From Octopus bimaculoides (Eukaryota): a stretch of DNA of 39,859 nt. This document shows positions 1-12,309 of this stretch, in pieces (within the stretch, counting starts at the first letter, position 1; the number at the start of each line of letters is the position of its first letter). The notes beneath the pieces were generated by a model, which saw nothing but the letters and a program-made list of their open reading frames with translations, was not told the origin of the DNA and did not search any database. The translations under genes were made by a program, and so were the position numbers. The stretch spans positions 38,262,952-38,302,810 of the forward strand of contig NC_068991.1 of the NCBI RefSeq assembly GCF_001194135.2. Reading direction: 5' to 3'.

Positions 1-1690
1 ATATATATTCATATATTAAGGGTGATAAATTGAATATTAATTCAATTAACATCAATTTAAAACAAGTGACTTAATTAATTGTGTACCGGTTTCGCCATTA
101 ACTGTTTTACTTGCGTAAAAACGTCTGTGGTTCTTCAGCACAGTCGTTCTAAAATCAATATAATTTGTAAAACTATACACAAATTGTCTTCATAAAATTA
201 GACGTGCGTACAATTCTACCGACAAGTAACATAAAGAACGACCCTTCATCAGTTGTCGGCTGTTTAATCTACTCCACATTTTGCGCAATTACGACAAGAT
301 GTGTCCTCGAGAAACAGTTGCTCCGCAAAGCAAACTAAAATTTAGGACAGTGAAAACAAACAGTAAGGGCTGCTAAGCCATAAGGAGATGAGGTGGCGAA
401 CGCTGGAGGTACAAGCTTTGACAGGAGAAAAGATAGTAGAGGAGACAGACAAGAATGTGTATGATCTGTGTGGCAGATCAAAATGAAAGAAAGAAGTTAG
501 GAAAAGAAATACGGCCGATGGTCATGTGTGAGCAACGAGAGAGTAAAGGAGGAAGAGTGGGAAAGAGAGAGGGACAGATAGACAACGGTGAAGGGGAGAG
601 GAAAAGAAATAGAGAAAAGGTGACAGAAAAAAACTTAAGGGTGAGAAGGTAAGATAAAGAGAGGAAACGAAGGTGGGGGAGGAAACAGTACAGTGAGTCG
701 CATCAAAATTATTAAGATAAACTCACTAGGAAATGGACGCATGGCGTTCAATCATATAGTGATATAGATTATATGTATATATATATANNNNNNNNNNNNN
801 NNNNNNNNNNNNNNNNNNNNNNNNNNNNNNNNNNNNNNNNNNNNNNNNNNNNNNNNNNNNNNNNNNNNNNNNNNNNNNNNNNNNNNNNNNNNNNNNNNNN
901 NNNNNNNNNNNNNNNNNNNNNNNNNNNNNNNNNNNNNNNNNNNNNNNNNNNNNNNNNNNNNNNNNNNNNNNNNNNNNNNNNNNNNNNNNNNNNNNNNNNN
1001 NNNNNNNNNNNNNNNNNNNNNNNNNNNNNNNNNNNNNNNNNNNNNNNNNNNNNNNNNNNNNNNNNNNNNNNNNNNNNNNNNNNNNNNNNNNNNNNNNNNN
1101 NNNNNNNNNNNNNNNNNNNNNNNNNNNNNNNNNNNNNNNNNNNNNNNNNNNNNNNNNNNNNNNNNNNNNNNNNNNNNNNNNNNNNNNNNNNNNNNNNNNN
1201 NNNNNNNNNNNNNNNNNNNNNNNNNNNNNNNNNNNNNNNNNNNNNNNNNNNNNNNNNNNNNNNNNNNNNNNNNNNNNNNNNNNNNNNNNNNNNNNNNNNN
1301 NNNNNNNNNNNNNNNNNNNNNNNNNNNNNNNNNNNNNNNNNNNNNNNNNNNNNNNNNNNNNNNNNNNNNNNNNNNNNNNNNNNNNNNNNNNNNNNNNNNN
1401 NNNNNNNNNNNNNNNNNNNNNNNNNNNNNNNNNNNNNNNNNNNNNNNNNNNNNNNNNNNNNNNNNNNNNNNNNNNNNNNNNNNNNNNNNNNNNNNNNNNN
1501 NNNNNNNNNNNNNNNNNNNNNNNNNNNNNNNNNNNNNNNNNNNNNNNNNNNNNNNNNNNNNNNNNNNNNNNNNNNNNNNNNNNNNNNNNNNNNNNNNNNN
1601 NNNNNNNNNNNNNNNNNNNNNNNNNNNNNNNNNNNNNNNNNNNNNNNNNNNNNNNNNNNNNNNNNNNNNNNNNNNNNNNNNNNNNNNNNN

Positions 1691-1748
<58 letters not shown>

Positions 1749-1781
1749 ATGGATGGATGGAAGGATGGATGTAGAGAGAGA

Positions 1782-2037
1782 GAATTGTATAGGGCACAAT
1801 TATACTTAAGGGCACAGAAGCTATCATGCCTACATACTGAAAGTAGACACCAAATACGTCCAACCACGTCAGATATTCACTCCACATATATACACAGGCT
1901 GAAAGTGGGAAAGCAAACTGACTAAAAATTCATAAAATAATTCATATAGTTTTGGATTGACGTATTCGGCGTCTCCTTTCAGCATATAGGCATAGTAGCT
2001 TCTGTGCACTTAAGTACAATTGTAACCTATACAATTC
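1782..2037. repeat. Fold-back / MITE-like element with 79-bp inverted arms
   Basis: 1782-1860 aligns without gaps to the reverse complement of 1959-2037 (68/79 identical by hand); 98-nt spacer. Confidence 0.8.
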
Positions 2038-2060
2038 TATATCTCTATATATGTATTTTG

Positions 2061-2315
2061 TGGAGGCGCGTGGCTTAGTGGTTAGGGTGTCAGCATCATG
2101 ATTGTAAGATTGTGGTTTCGTTTCCTGGTCCGGGAAACGCATTGTATTCTTGAGCAAAACACTTCATTTCACGTTACTCCAGTCCACTCAGCTGTTAAAA
2201 ATGAGTAACGCTGCGATGGACTCGCGTCCCGTCCAGCTGAGGAATACATACGTCATTGAAACTGGGAAACCGGGCCCATGAGCCTGGCTAGGCTTCAAAA
2301 GGGCGCAATTATTAT
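2061..2315 (+). mobile_element. tRNA-derived SINE with CORE-like central domain
   Basis: A-box-like GTGGCTTAGTGG; B-box-like GGTTTCGTTTCC; central TTGAGCAAAACACTTCATTTCACGTTACTCCAGTCCACTCAGCTG; tail GGGAAACCGGGCCCATGAGCCTGGCTAGGC shared with 28130-28160; ends in an ATT repeat. Confidence 0.8.
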
Positions 2316-2786
2316 TTTATAAATGTATTTTACCTAAAATGACTTTTTATAGGCTGGGCACTGATAAAATTCATTAGTTTTAATTATTTTATCCTTTAAT
2401 TATGTTTAAATATAACCTATTCACTTCGGGTCAGTTTATTTACCTCCATACTATTCTGACCAAATATATACGTGTTGAGGTGGAGTGCGAAATTCGATGT
2501 GTATATATTTGTGAATATGTACTTGCATTTTGCATGTGCTCTCTGTGGGTATGNNNNNNNNNNNNNNNNNNNNNNNNNNNNNNNNNNNNNNNNNNNNNNN
2601 NNNNNNNNNNNNNNNNNNNNNNNNNNNNNNNNNNNNNNNNNNNNNNNNNNNNNNNNNNNNNNNNNNNNNNNNNNNNNNNNNNNNNNNNNNNNNNNNNNNN
2701 NNNNNNNNNNNNNNNNNNNNNNNNNNNNNNNNNNNNNNNNNNNNNNNNNNNNNNNNNNNNNNNNNNNNNNNNNNNNNNNNNNNNNN

Positions 2787-2823
<37 letters not shown>

Positions 2824-3485
2824 TGTATATCTGTACATATACGCTGTATATATGTGTACGTAACATTTATTCCATATTGTCATACAGCTATTTATACTTA
2901 CAGCTTTACACCACGCTCTTTAATCGTGTAGAGTAATGAAGAATATATTCTAGTTCTCATAGTCGTTGTCATCGTCGTCGTCATCGTCGTCGTCATCATC
3001 GTCATCGCCATTATTCTTGTTATTGTTGTCGCCATCTTACATTGACATTGCTGTCGTTGTTTTGCTCAAAAAACCGCCTCCACTGTTCTTTTCTCATTTC
3101 TTTCCTTTATTAATTGTTATTTATTAGGGTTCCCTTTTGTCTTTTAATCTCCTCATTGTTATTATTTTTCTTGCTGCTGCTGCTGCTGCTGCTGGTGTTG
3201 CTGTTACTGTTGACGCTTTACATGGATTGGTTATTAATTTTCCACTCCTCTCAAAGATCAGCCTTGTACTATGTCACGCTGTCTTCTCCTCCTTATCTTC
3301 TTTCTTTTCTCTTCTCCCTCTTTGCCTTCGCCTCTTCACAACTCGCCAATCGCCGCCATGTATTTACCAGAGTATCTCTGTCGTTTCTTACACGCGCATA
3401 CATACATGCATACAAATATACATATATACTGACATACACATACATACATACACTTTTGTAATGTATATATATATATATATTATGC

Positions 3486-3524
<39 letters not shown>

Positions 3525-4136
3525 TACATATATATGCGCATATATATATATGTATGTATATATATATATATATATATNNNNNNNNNNNNNNNNNNNNNNN
3601 NNNNNNNNNNNNNNNNNNNNNNNNNNNNNNNNNNNNNNNNNNNNNNNNNNNNNNNNNNNNNNNNNNNNNNNNNNNNNNNNNNNNNNNNNNNNNNNNNNNN
3701 NNNNNNNNNNNNNNNNNNNNNNNNNNNNNNNNNNNNNNNNNNNNNNNNNNNNNNNNNNNNNNNNNNNNNNNNNNNNNNNNNNNNNNNNNNNNNNNNNNNN
3801 NNNNNNNNNNNNNNNNNNNNNNNNNNNNNNNNNNNNNNNNNNNNNNNNNNNNNNNNNNNNNNNNNNNNNNNNNNNNNNNNNNNNNNNNNNNNNNNNNNNN
3901 NNNNNNNNNNNNNNNNNNNNNNNNNNNNNNNNNNNNNNNNNNNNNNNNNNNNNNNNNNNNNNNNNNNNNNNNNNNNNNNNNNNNNNNNNNNNNNNNNNNN
4001 NNNNNNNNNNNNNNNNNNNNNNNNNNNNNNNNNNNNNNNNNNNNNNNNNNNNNNNNNNNNNNNNNNNNNNNNNNNNNNNNNNNNNNNNNNNNNNNNNNNN
4101 NNNNNNNNNNNNNNNNNNNNNNNNNNNNNNNNNNNN

Positions 4137-4201
<65 letters not shown>

Positions 4202-4833
4202 ATGTATATATTGGTAATTGGATAACGACTTGAATTCGTTCACTTGGTGAGAAACTTAAGGAAATGCATATGAAACGTTAACACTCAAGAAAGTTTACCC
4301 TTCAGGCATCTTCCTGCCTCGCATCACACTCTTGCCTCCTACAAGTACTCTCTCTCTCTCCCGTCTCTTTCACTCTTTCACTCTCTCTCTCTATCTATCT
4401 ATATATCTATCTATTCATCTCTCACCCCTTCTCTCCCTCTCTCGATCTAGTTTTATCTTCGCTTTCTGTTCCTTTTTCTTCCTCATCTTCGTTTTTTCTT
4501 TTTGTTTTGCTTAACTTTGCTCCTTTCTCACTCACCGACGTCATCATTACAATCTTCTCGTACTTTTTCCTCCGTTGCACTTCTCTCAATCTATCTATAT
4601 ATCTATCTATCTTTTTCTCTCTCTTTCTCTGTCTCAGGCTATCTATCTATCTTTCTCTCTCTTTCCCCCCCTCTCTCTCTCTCTGTGCATCAAACCCTTA
4701 CCCTAATCCTAACTTTAACACTGTCCCTGTGAAATATTCTTTCCCTTTCCTTCTAATCACTGTTGTAAATGATCCCTTTGGAATTAAACCATTAAGCAGA
4801 ACATGTTTGTGGTTGTTATATCATGTTATGTTC

Positions 4834-4897
<64 letters not shown>

Positions 4898-4940
4898 CAA
4901 ACACACANNNNNNNNNNNNNNNNNNNNNNNNNNNNNNNNN

Positions 4941-4994
<54 letters not shown>

Positions 4995-5377
4995 GAAGCT
5001 ACATAGGCATTAGCCAACAGCAGAACTATGTGTTCCATAATAATCAACTATGAACGCTGTTCCATAAAAGAGACCGTGTGCCTTACAGAGAGATAATTAC
5101 AGAAATCACTATTTAGTGCTTCAGGATTCAATCTTTATTTAATAAATTCTTCCTAATGATTCTCTTACATAAAGAGTAAAACATAACATCTAAAAATCAA
5201 AGCAGGGTATTTAAGAAGTTTTGATGTTCAAATTTTCCCCAATGGTCCTAAGGACGTAAATAGAGTGATCTCAATGCGACAATGGAAACCATTTGTAAAC
5301 GGCTTCTGCCGAACACTTGCAGTTATTTAACAGAGTTTTTCACCTTAAAAATATATTATTTATACTCATTGTAATAT

Positions 5378-6195
5378 TCTACTCTAGACACAAGGCCAAA
5401 CATTTTGGGGTAGGGGGCCAGTCGAATAGATCGACCCGAGTACGCAACTAGTACGCATCCAAAAGGATGAAAGGCAAAGTCGACCTCGGCGGAACTTGAA
5501 CTCAGAACATAAAGACAGACGAAATACTGCTAAGCATTCTTATCTATTCTAGGCACAAGGCCCGAAATTTGGGGGGAGGGAGCCAGTCGATTAGATCGAC
5601 CCCAGTACGCATCTAGTACTTAATTTATCGACCCCGAAAGGATGAAAAGCAAAGTCGACCTCGGCGGAATTTGAACTCGGAAGCATTTTGCCCGGTGTGC
5701 TAACAATTCTGCCAGCTCGCCCTTATTCATATTATTGATATTGGTTTCAAATTTTAACACAAAACCAGCAATTTAGGATAAGTGGGTAAGTCNNNNNNNN
5801 NNGGGCAGACAAACGGATTAAGTCGATTATATCGACCCCAGTGCGTAACTGGTAATTATTTAATCGACCCCGAAAGGATGAAAGGCGAAGTCGACCTCGG
5901 CGGAATTTGAACTCGGAAGCATTTTGCCCGGTGTGCTAACAATTCTGCCAGCTCGCCCTTATTCATATTATTGATATTGGTTTCAAATTTTAACACAAAA
6001 CCAGCAATTTAGGATAAGTGGGTAAGTCGATTAAATCGACCCCAGTGATCAACAGGTACTTATTTGATAGACCCCGAAAGGACGAAAGGCAAAGTCGACC
6101 TCGGTGGAATTTGAACTCAGAACGTAAAGAAAGACGATATGCCGCTAAGCATTTCACCCGGTGTACTTACGATTCTGCCAGTTCACCACCTTATT
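5378..6195 (-). mobile_element. Head-to-tail array of about 5 tRNA-derived SINE copies (Octopus-type CGACCCCGAAAGGATGAAAGGCAAAGTCGACC family)
   Basis: The motif GACCCC..GAAAGGATGAAAGGCAAAGTCGACCTCGGCGGAATTTGAACTC recurs at about 5455, 5630, 5865 and 6070; a partial fifth unit is cut by the 10-N gap. The minus strand carries a Pol III B box (GAGTTCAAATTCC). Confidence 0.88.
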
Positions 6196-7639
6196 TATAT
6201 TCTTAATATTGATATTGATATTCATATTCATATATCAAATTTATTCTGTTACTAAAAAGGAAAAGATTGAAATGCATTTTACGAAAATGAAAGAAAATCT
6301 CTCGAATTTAGAGACCACAATTACAAAGAACGAATGCTATAAACAAACAGAAGCTAGCTTGGCTTCCCAAGATTGATGAGCGTGTATGATACCCGATTTA
6401 AACCAGTTACCCGGGTAGCAATCGGAGGCCTTCGTCGTTAAAACGTGTTTTAGAATAGTGTTTGGTTTATGTGTTGTAAATGGTAATCGCCAAGTTAACT
6501 ACAGTTAAAGACGTCGACCCTGTATATAACAGAAGCATACCACTTAGAACTAAACATTTTGTCCAATGATAGATGCAAGGAAACGCCAATAGTGGGAGCA
6601 AAACATAAATTACGAACTGTCTGTCTAATATTTCACCGTTACCATGACAACTGATATATTTCTTCTTTGAGTATAAGTTCGAAAGCTGAGTCAACAGGGA
6701 AGAGTTACAACTAGATGAAATCTCCAAGTGGTTTAAATGCACAAGTCTCCAATATCCAAATGGCTAAAAAGTGTCAGCAGAAGAGCACTCAGCCATCATG
6801 ACCTGAATGCGGCCCGGCCCCGTTAGGGTGTAAAAAGTTAAGGGCTGAAACACTTGCCTGAGAGGGGCTTCTTCTCTTAAGACCTTCTGCTGTTCAGCTC
6901 CCTTGTCAGTTTTTAAACAACTCAACTTCCACTGCCTCTATAAACAGTATTAGATTTCATCCGTCGCCCAGTATAAATACTATTACCTAAGTGTGTTTAG
7001 CACAGCAAATAGTTCAACTGTTGTTGTCAAAATTTGTTAGTGTCATGACCCAGTAGCATCTTAAACTTGAAACATTCAAACAAGTTTACGTTGCTGTTAT
7101 TTGCAAAGGTTGTCTCTACAGATACTCCATTGAAATTATAGCCGGCACTGATTTTTCTTACGACTTTTCGTATCTGAGACGTTAGATGTAAACAAATGGA
7201 GATCGATGATGAAAAAAGGGTAATGGGCATATATGCCATATTTCGGGAGTTTTCTCTCCTTCCTCAGCATCCATCTAACCCCTTAATCATCCACGAACAC
7301 ATTGCTTAAATAGCCACCAAATACAGCGGTATAACGTTACGTAAATATTAATGGCTTGTAGGGGTTAGGTATTTCGTTATGGTTGTTGCTGTTGCTGTTG
7401 TTGTTGAAGATGATATTCTACTCCGTTTCAACACTGATCGAGCAGACGTCTTAATAAAGACCTCCAACTGCCGTGATCATCTCATCAGATTAAGAGTATG
7501 CGTGATTACATTATCTTTAAAGGGCCAGAATGATGGGGGAAAGAAGAAAATAGGAAGGTGCTATAAAGCCGGGAACTTGGTCCGAATGCTTCTAACAGAG
7601 TTAAACAAGGTACCAAGCAGAGAGGCAGACGAAGTCTAA

Positions 7640-7880
7640 AACCCAAGTAGGGGTGGCGGGATTTGAATTCATAAGAACCAGAGCAAATAGAGCAAATAAC
7701 GCAACACACCCGGTTCAATATTGTTATTGTTACACGACAGCAAATTCACCACCCTCCATTGGTATTCTTTTATCGACAATGTAAGGATGAAGAGCAAAGT
7801 TCATCTCGGCGGGATTTGTACGCGGAGCGCAAAGTGATGAAACAGATAACGGATGACATTCTATCCCAAACTATAACGAC
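7640..7880 (-). mobile_element. Degenerate SINE fragments related to the 5378-6195 family
   Basis: GGCGGGATTTGAATTC and TTTATCGAC..AAGGATGAAGAGCAAAGTTCATCTCGGCGGGATTTG are diverged versions of the family core. Confidence 0.55.
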
Positions 7881-7968
7881 TTTGCTTAATGAGCCGTATG
7901 AGTATGTGCGATTGTATGCATATGTGTGTGTGTGCGTGCGCACGTACGCGCGTGCTCGTGGTTCTTTT

Positions 7969-8081
7969 GTAAGAAATTTTGCTTCCTACCACATGGTTCC
8001 GGGTTCAGTCCCATACGTACCACCTTGCACAAGTGTCTTCTCACTCTGAAGCTGAAAGAAACGCACCGTGTATATATTATA
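7969..8081 (+). mobile_element. Internally deleted 5' part of a SINE (same family as 30439-30820)
   Basis: GTAAGAA..GCTTCCTACCACATGGTTCCGGGTTCAGTCCC..CACCTTGCACAAGTGTCTTC matches the reverse complement of about 30725-30805; CTGAAAGAAAC..GTATATAT matches about 30650-30675. Confidence 0.7.
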
Positions 8082-8945
8082 TATCAAGCTGAGTAAAAAG
8101 TAAGCAACGTTTTGAAACATGAAATTCATCACAATATATTTCAACAATGCGGAAATTTTATTCATCAAAGTAAGTATCATTAGAATCAATACATTTTTGC
8201 CAACGAATTACAAGATTGTTTATTCTGGTAACATAAAAATCTGGAGTTCTGAAGAGCTCGGGTTTTGAGAAGGTTTTCGTTGATTCATTTTGGTCCAACC
8301 ACTGCGAAGAACGTCTTTTATCGTTGTACAGAATCTACTTTTCATTGCAAGTTACAATACGGTCGAGAAATGGATATGTCTGGTTACGGGAAGAAGTGCT
8401 GGGCAAATTTCATATCGGCACATTTTCTGATTTTCATTTAAATCGTGTGGTACACACTTGTCGAGCTTTTTTGATTTTCCGATCGTATGCAAATGGTTGC
8501 AGGCAGTTTTCTGGCTAACTTGATGTTCTCGATCGGTTTTACGTGGGTCTTTCTCAATGACAGTCTTTAATTGACAGTCATCGATGACAGATGGGCGTCC
8601 ACTACGCTCACGATCTTCAAGGCTCAGGTCTCCACTGCAAAATCGTTTAAACAATTTTCGAGCTGATCACTCACTGGTCATTTCCTCACCAAACACTTTG
8701 TTGATATGGCGAACAGTTTCAGCTGCTTTTCGTCCTCTTTTGAAGCTGAATAGCAAAATTGCTCGAATATCGCGCTTTGACCGTTCCATTTCAGATGATT
8801 GTAACAACGGTGGAAAAAATATCAATGTTAATTCATTGATGCATTTGAGCAAGTCTATGTCTGTATTATCAGACAATTGCAAAAACATGTTTAAAAAGAA
8901 TTCAAAAAATCCGGTTCAAAACGTTGCTTTTCACTGAACCTGATG
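8082..8945 (-). mobile_element. Non-autonomous mariner (Tc1/mariner) deletion derivative
   Basis: Imperfect TIRs TATCAAGCTGAGTAAAAAGTAAGCAACGTTTTGAA (8082-8116) and TTCAAAACGTTGCTTTTCACTGAACCTGAT (8915-8944) enclose a mariner transposase pseudogene. Confidence 0.9.
8158..8789 (-). pseudogene. Mariner transposase pseudogene (frameshifts, stops, most of the catalytic domain deleted)
   Basis: Pieces read MERSKRDIRAILLFSFKRGRKAAET (HTH), EDRERSGRP, KCVPHDL (WVPHEL motif), RIVTCNEK*ILYN (first-Asp motif TCDEKW decayed), then jump to PDFYVTRINNLVIRWQKCIDSNDTYFDE*. Confidence 0.88.
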
Positions 8946-9476
8946 TGTGTGTGTGTGTGCATGCGTGTGTGCGTGCGTGCGTGCGTGTGTTAAATAAAAT
9001 GAGTCAACAAAGCCAAGGCAGTGTGAAACTTCTAGGACATATATAAAGAGAAAGATAGTCTTACAGCTGTTTCATGGATATGAGGGATATTTCTTCAATA
9101 GAGACGATATGAGAGAGTTAAATAGAGCGAAATAGTAGAGTTCAATATAAGTTATTTTAGAAAGGGAGAGATATAGGAAGTATAAAGGGAAGTAAGAGAA
9201 AAAATTGAAATATATGTTTGATGTTACAGTTGCAGTTCCATTATCCAATGAAAGTGCTGTGTAGAATGGGTAGAAAAGCTTCTTGCCCATGGTATGTAAA
9301 TTCCGATAGGAGTTCATATTTTGTTATTACAAATGGATAGTGTGGAGACATTGATGCCATGTGCTGTTCATTCAAAGGGGTCTTGTAGTGTGAATGACAT
9401 TTTTACCAAGTACTGGTAGGGGTACGTAGATAGAGAGAAGGGAATAGATGTGTATGTTATAAGGAGGAGAATGGCA

Positions 9477-9540
<64 letters not shown>

Positions 9541-9946
9541 NNNNNNNNNNNNNNNNNNNNNNNNNNNNNNNNNNNNNNNNNNNNNNNNNNNNNNNNNNNN
9601 NNNNNNNNNNNNNNNNNNNNNNNNNNNNNNNNNNNNNNNNNNNNNNNNNNNNNNNNNNNNNNNNNNNNNNNNNNNNNNNNNNNNNNNNNNNNNNNNNNNN
9701 NNNNNNNNNNNNNNNNNNNNNNNNNNNNNNNNNNNNNNNNNNNNNNNNNNNNNNNNNNNNNNNNNNNNNNNNNNNNNNNNNNNNNNNNNNNNNNNNNNNN
9801 NNNNNNNNNNNNNNNNNNNNNNNNNNNNNNNNNNNNNNNNNNNNNNNNNNNNNNNNNNNNNNNNNNNNNNNNNNNNNNNNNNNNNNNNNNNNNNNNNNNN
9901 NNNNNNNNNNNNNNNNNNNNNNNNNNNNNNNNNNNNNNNNNNNNNN

Positions 9947-10090
9947 CGTGTCAGGTGTCGAATTGATCGCAGACCAATGTGAGATGAAGTGTTTTGATCA
10001 AGAACACAACGCATTACCTGGTTTTGGAATTGAAACCACGATCTCGCGATCTTGAGTGCAACACTTGAACAACTACGCATGTGTCCTCAC
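9947..10090 (-). mobile_element. tRNA-derived SINE (5' part; 3' end lost in the gap)
   Basis: Minus strand reads tRNA-like head, GTGGTTTCAATTCC B box, then GCGTTGTGTTCTTGATCAAAACACTTCAT, as in the 2061 copy. Confidence 0.7.
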
Positions 10091-10104
10091 AATACGTGTG
10101 CGTG

Positions 10105-10153
<49 letters not shown>

Positions 10154-10167
10154 GTGTGTGTGCGTGT

Positions 10168-10260
10168 GTTGATCCGGGCTAGATTTGAACTTAAAGCGCA
10201 GAGTCGGAACAAATATTGCAAATATTCTATCTATCGCTCTACCGACTCTGCCAACTAACC
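10168..10260 (-). mobile_element. SINE head fragment
   Basis: Minus strand GTTGGCAGAGTCGGTAGAGCG...AAGTTCAAATCTAG resembles the head of the 5378-6195 family. Confidence 0.55.
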
Positions 10261-10269
10261 ATCTTAAAT

Positions 10270-11530
10270 TGTTCGATAAAAATGTTAGAAGGAACAAATG
10301 GAGGAAGAAAGAAAATGAAGAAAGGAAGGAATAAACGAATGAATGAATAAAAAAGAATTTGGTAATTAAGGAAAGAAAGAAATGATTGAACGAATAAAGG
10401 AATAAATGAATATATAATGAATATACAAAATAATATATGCAAGAAAAAGGGAATAAATGAATGAAGAGAGGAATAATGAATGTAGGAATAAATAAATGAA
10501 TGACGGAAACGTAAAGCAGGGAAGTAAAGAATAAATGAAGGAAGAAAAGAGGAAAGAAGGAATGGTAAAAGAACAATGAAGGAATGAAGAAAATAATACA
10601 GGAAAGACAAAATGAATAAATGTATAAAAGAAGGAATAAGTTAATGAAGAAAGTAATGTAGATTTGGAAGAAGTGAGGAGAGGAGAGATGGAGAGGAGAG
10701 ATGGAGAGAAGGAAGGAAGGAAGGAAGAGATAAGGGAACTAAGGAAGGAAGACAAGAACAAATGAAAGAAGGAACAAATGAAAGAAGGAACAAATGAAAG
10801 AAGGANNNNNNNNNNNNNNNNNNNNNNNNNNNNNNNNNNNNNNNNNNNNNNNNNNNNNNNNNNNNNNNNNNNNNNNNNNNNNNNNNNNNNNNNNNNNNNN
10901 NNNNNNNNNNNNNNNNNNNNNNNNNNNNNNNNNNNNNNNNNNNNNNNNNNNNNNNNNNNNNNNNNNNNNNNNNNNNNNNNNNNNNNNNNNNNNNNNNNNN
11001 NNNNNNNNNNNNNNNNNNNNNNNNNNNNNNNNNNNNNNNNNNNNNNNNNNNNNNNNNNNNNNNNNNNNNNNNNNNNNNNNNNNNNNNNNNNNGAAAGGAA
11101 GGAAGGAAGAGATAAAGGAACTAAGGAAGGAAGACAAGAATGAATGAAAGAAGGAACAAATGAAAGAAGGAAGTAAGGAAAAGTGAATGACGGAATAAAG
11201 AGAGAAATATAGGAAGGAAGGAAGGAAGGAAGGAGATGAAGGAACTAAGAAAGGAATACAAGAATGAATGAAGGGGTTAAAGAAAACTGAATGACGAAAG
11301 AAACAAAAAGTTAAATGTAGAGAGTGAGAAATTAACGAATAAATCGAAGAAGGAATAAATGAATTAAACAAAAAATAAATGAAGAAAGACGGGAATAAAC
11401 GAAGGGGAGGAATGAAGGAAAGGAGCAATAAATGAATGAAGAATGAAAGGCTGAAAGAATAAAAGGAAATCAATGAATATAACAGCTTATGTGGTAAAAA
11501 TTGAGTGCAGTGATGGATGAAAAAGGAAAA
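10270..11530 (+). repeat. Purine-rich low-complexity tract / minisatellite (GGAA, GAAT, GAAA)
   Basis: The + strand is mostly A/G over about 1.25 kb, includes repeated GAAAGAAGGAACAAAT units, and spans gap 10806-11092. Confidence 0.85.
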
Positions 11531-11883
11531 ATGAGATGTCATTGTGTTATTATATCTCGTTATAGATTTTTGTGTGTTTATATGTGCATATGCGACATAT
11601 GTGTGGCTCTGTGCGTGTTTGTGTGTGTCTTTGTGGAGAGGTGTATGTGTTGTATTTATTTGTTAGGGTGTGTCGATTTATCTAAAAGTGAATGAATGTT
11701 CATGCTTGTGAGAATAGATACACGTATTAAGCGTGTGTATGACGGTATCGAAACATACACGCATATATATACACATACACATAAATATAATACATATGGA
11801 TAAGTAGCGCATGTATAAATATATTGAGCTATATATGTGTGCATGTGTATGTGTATGCTTGTATATGCATACATATGTATTTT

Positions 11884-11916
<33 letters not shown>

Positions 11917-12053
11917 ACACACACACACATAAATATATATACACACGCATTGACACTAAGGTTTCAATAAGAGCTTCGACCGTTAAAAACCTGTGACCGA
12001 TTAATATAACTGTTATTAGCAACAAACTGGCCGCACGCACGCGCACGCACGCG

Positions 12054-12091
<38 letters not shown>

Positions 12092-12309
12092 CATTTCGCT
12101 TTTAAGTTTATCTCTACAGCTTTCCGAGCCAACACTGCAAGTTACGACCTTTCGTAAAGAATTCAGTCGAACATGAAAACGATAGGTGATGGGTGTATAA
12201 GCATATATCAAGTCATTGCTCCTTTCTGAATGACAGTTTTATCATATGTACTGCAAACGGATTGTATTCTTCTATTACCTATTGGATTTTATAACGCTGA
12301 AAGGTACCT

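Noticed and set aside
219-260. Minus-strand CTGATGA inside a CCGACAA..TTGTCGG stem (hammerhead or C/D snoRNA?)
   Set aside because: No GAAA after a stem II and no D box at the expected place.
3352-3400. GCCGCCATG Kozak-like start
   Set aside because: The ORF runs into TA/CA microsatellite and stops within about 25 codons; no donor site.
4690-4720. Telomere-like ACCCTTACCCTAATCCTAACTTTAAC
   Set aside because: Only about four degenerate units; compatible with chance in low-complexity DNA.
6700-7230. Possible ancient CR1/L2 RT C-terminal remnant (LDEISKW, KTFCC..KQL, KLE)
   Set aside because: Needs many frameshifts and only loose motifs; not supportable without a profile search.
12120-12153. 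Possible + strand micro-exon (TTTATCTCTACAG..GTAAAG)
   Set aside because: Splice-like signals only, expected by chance in 40 kb.
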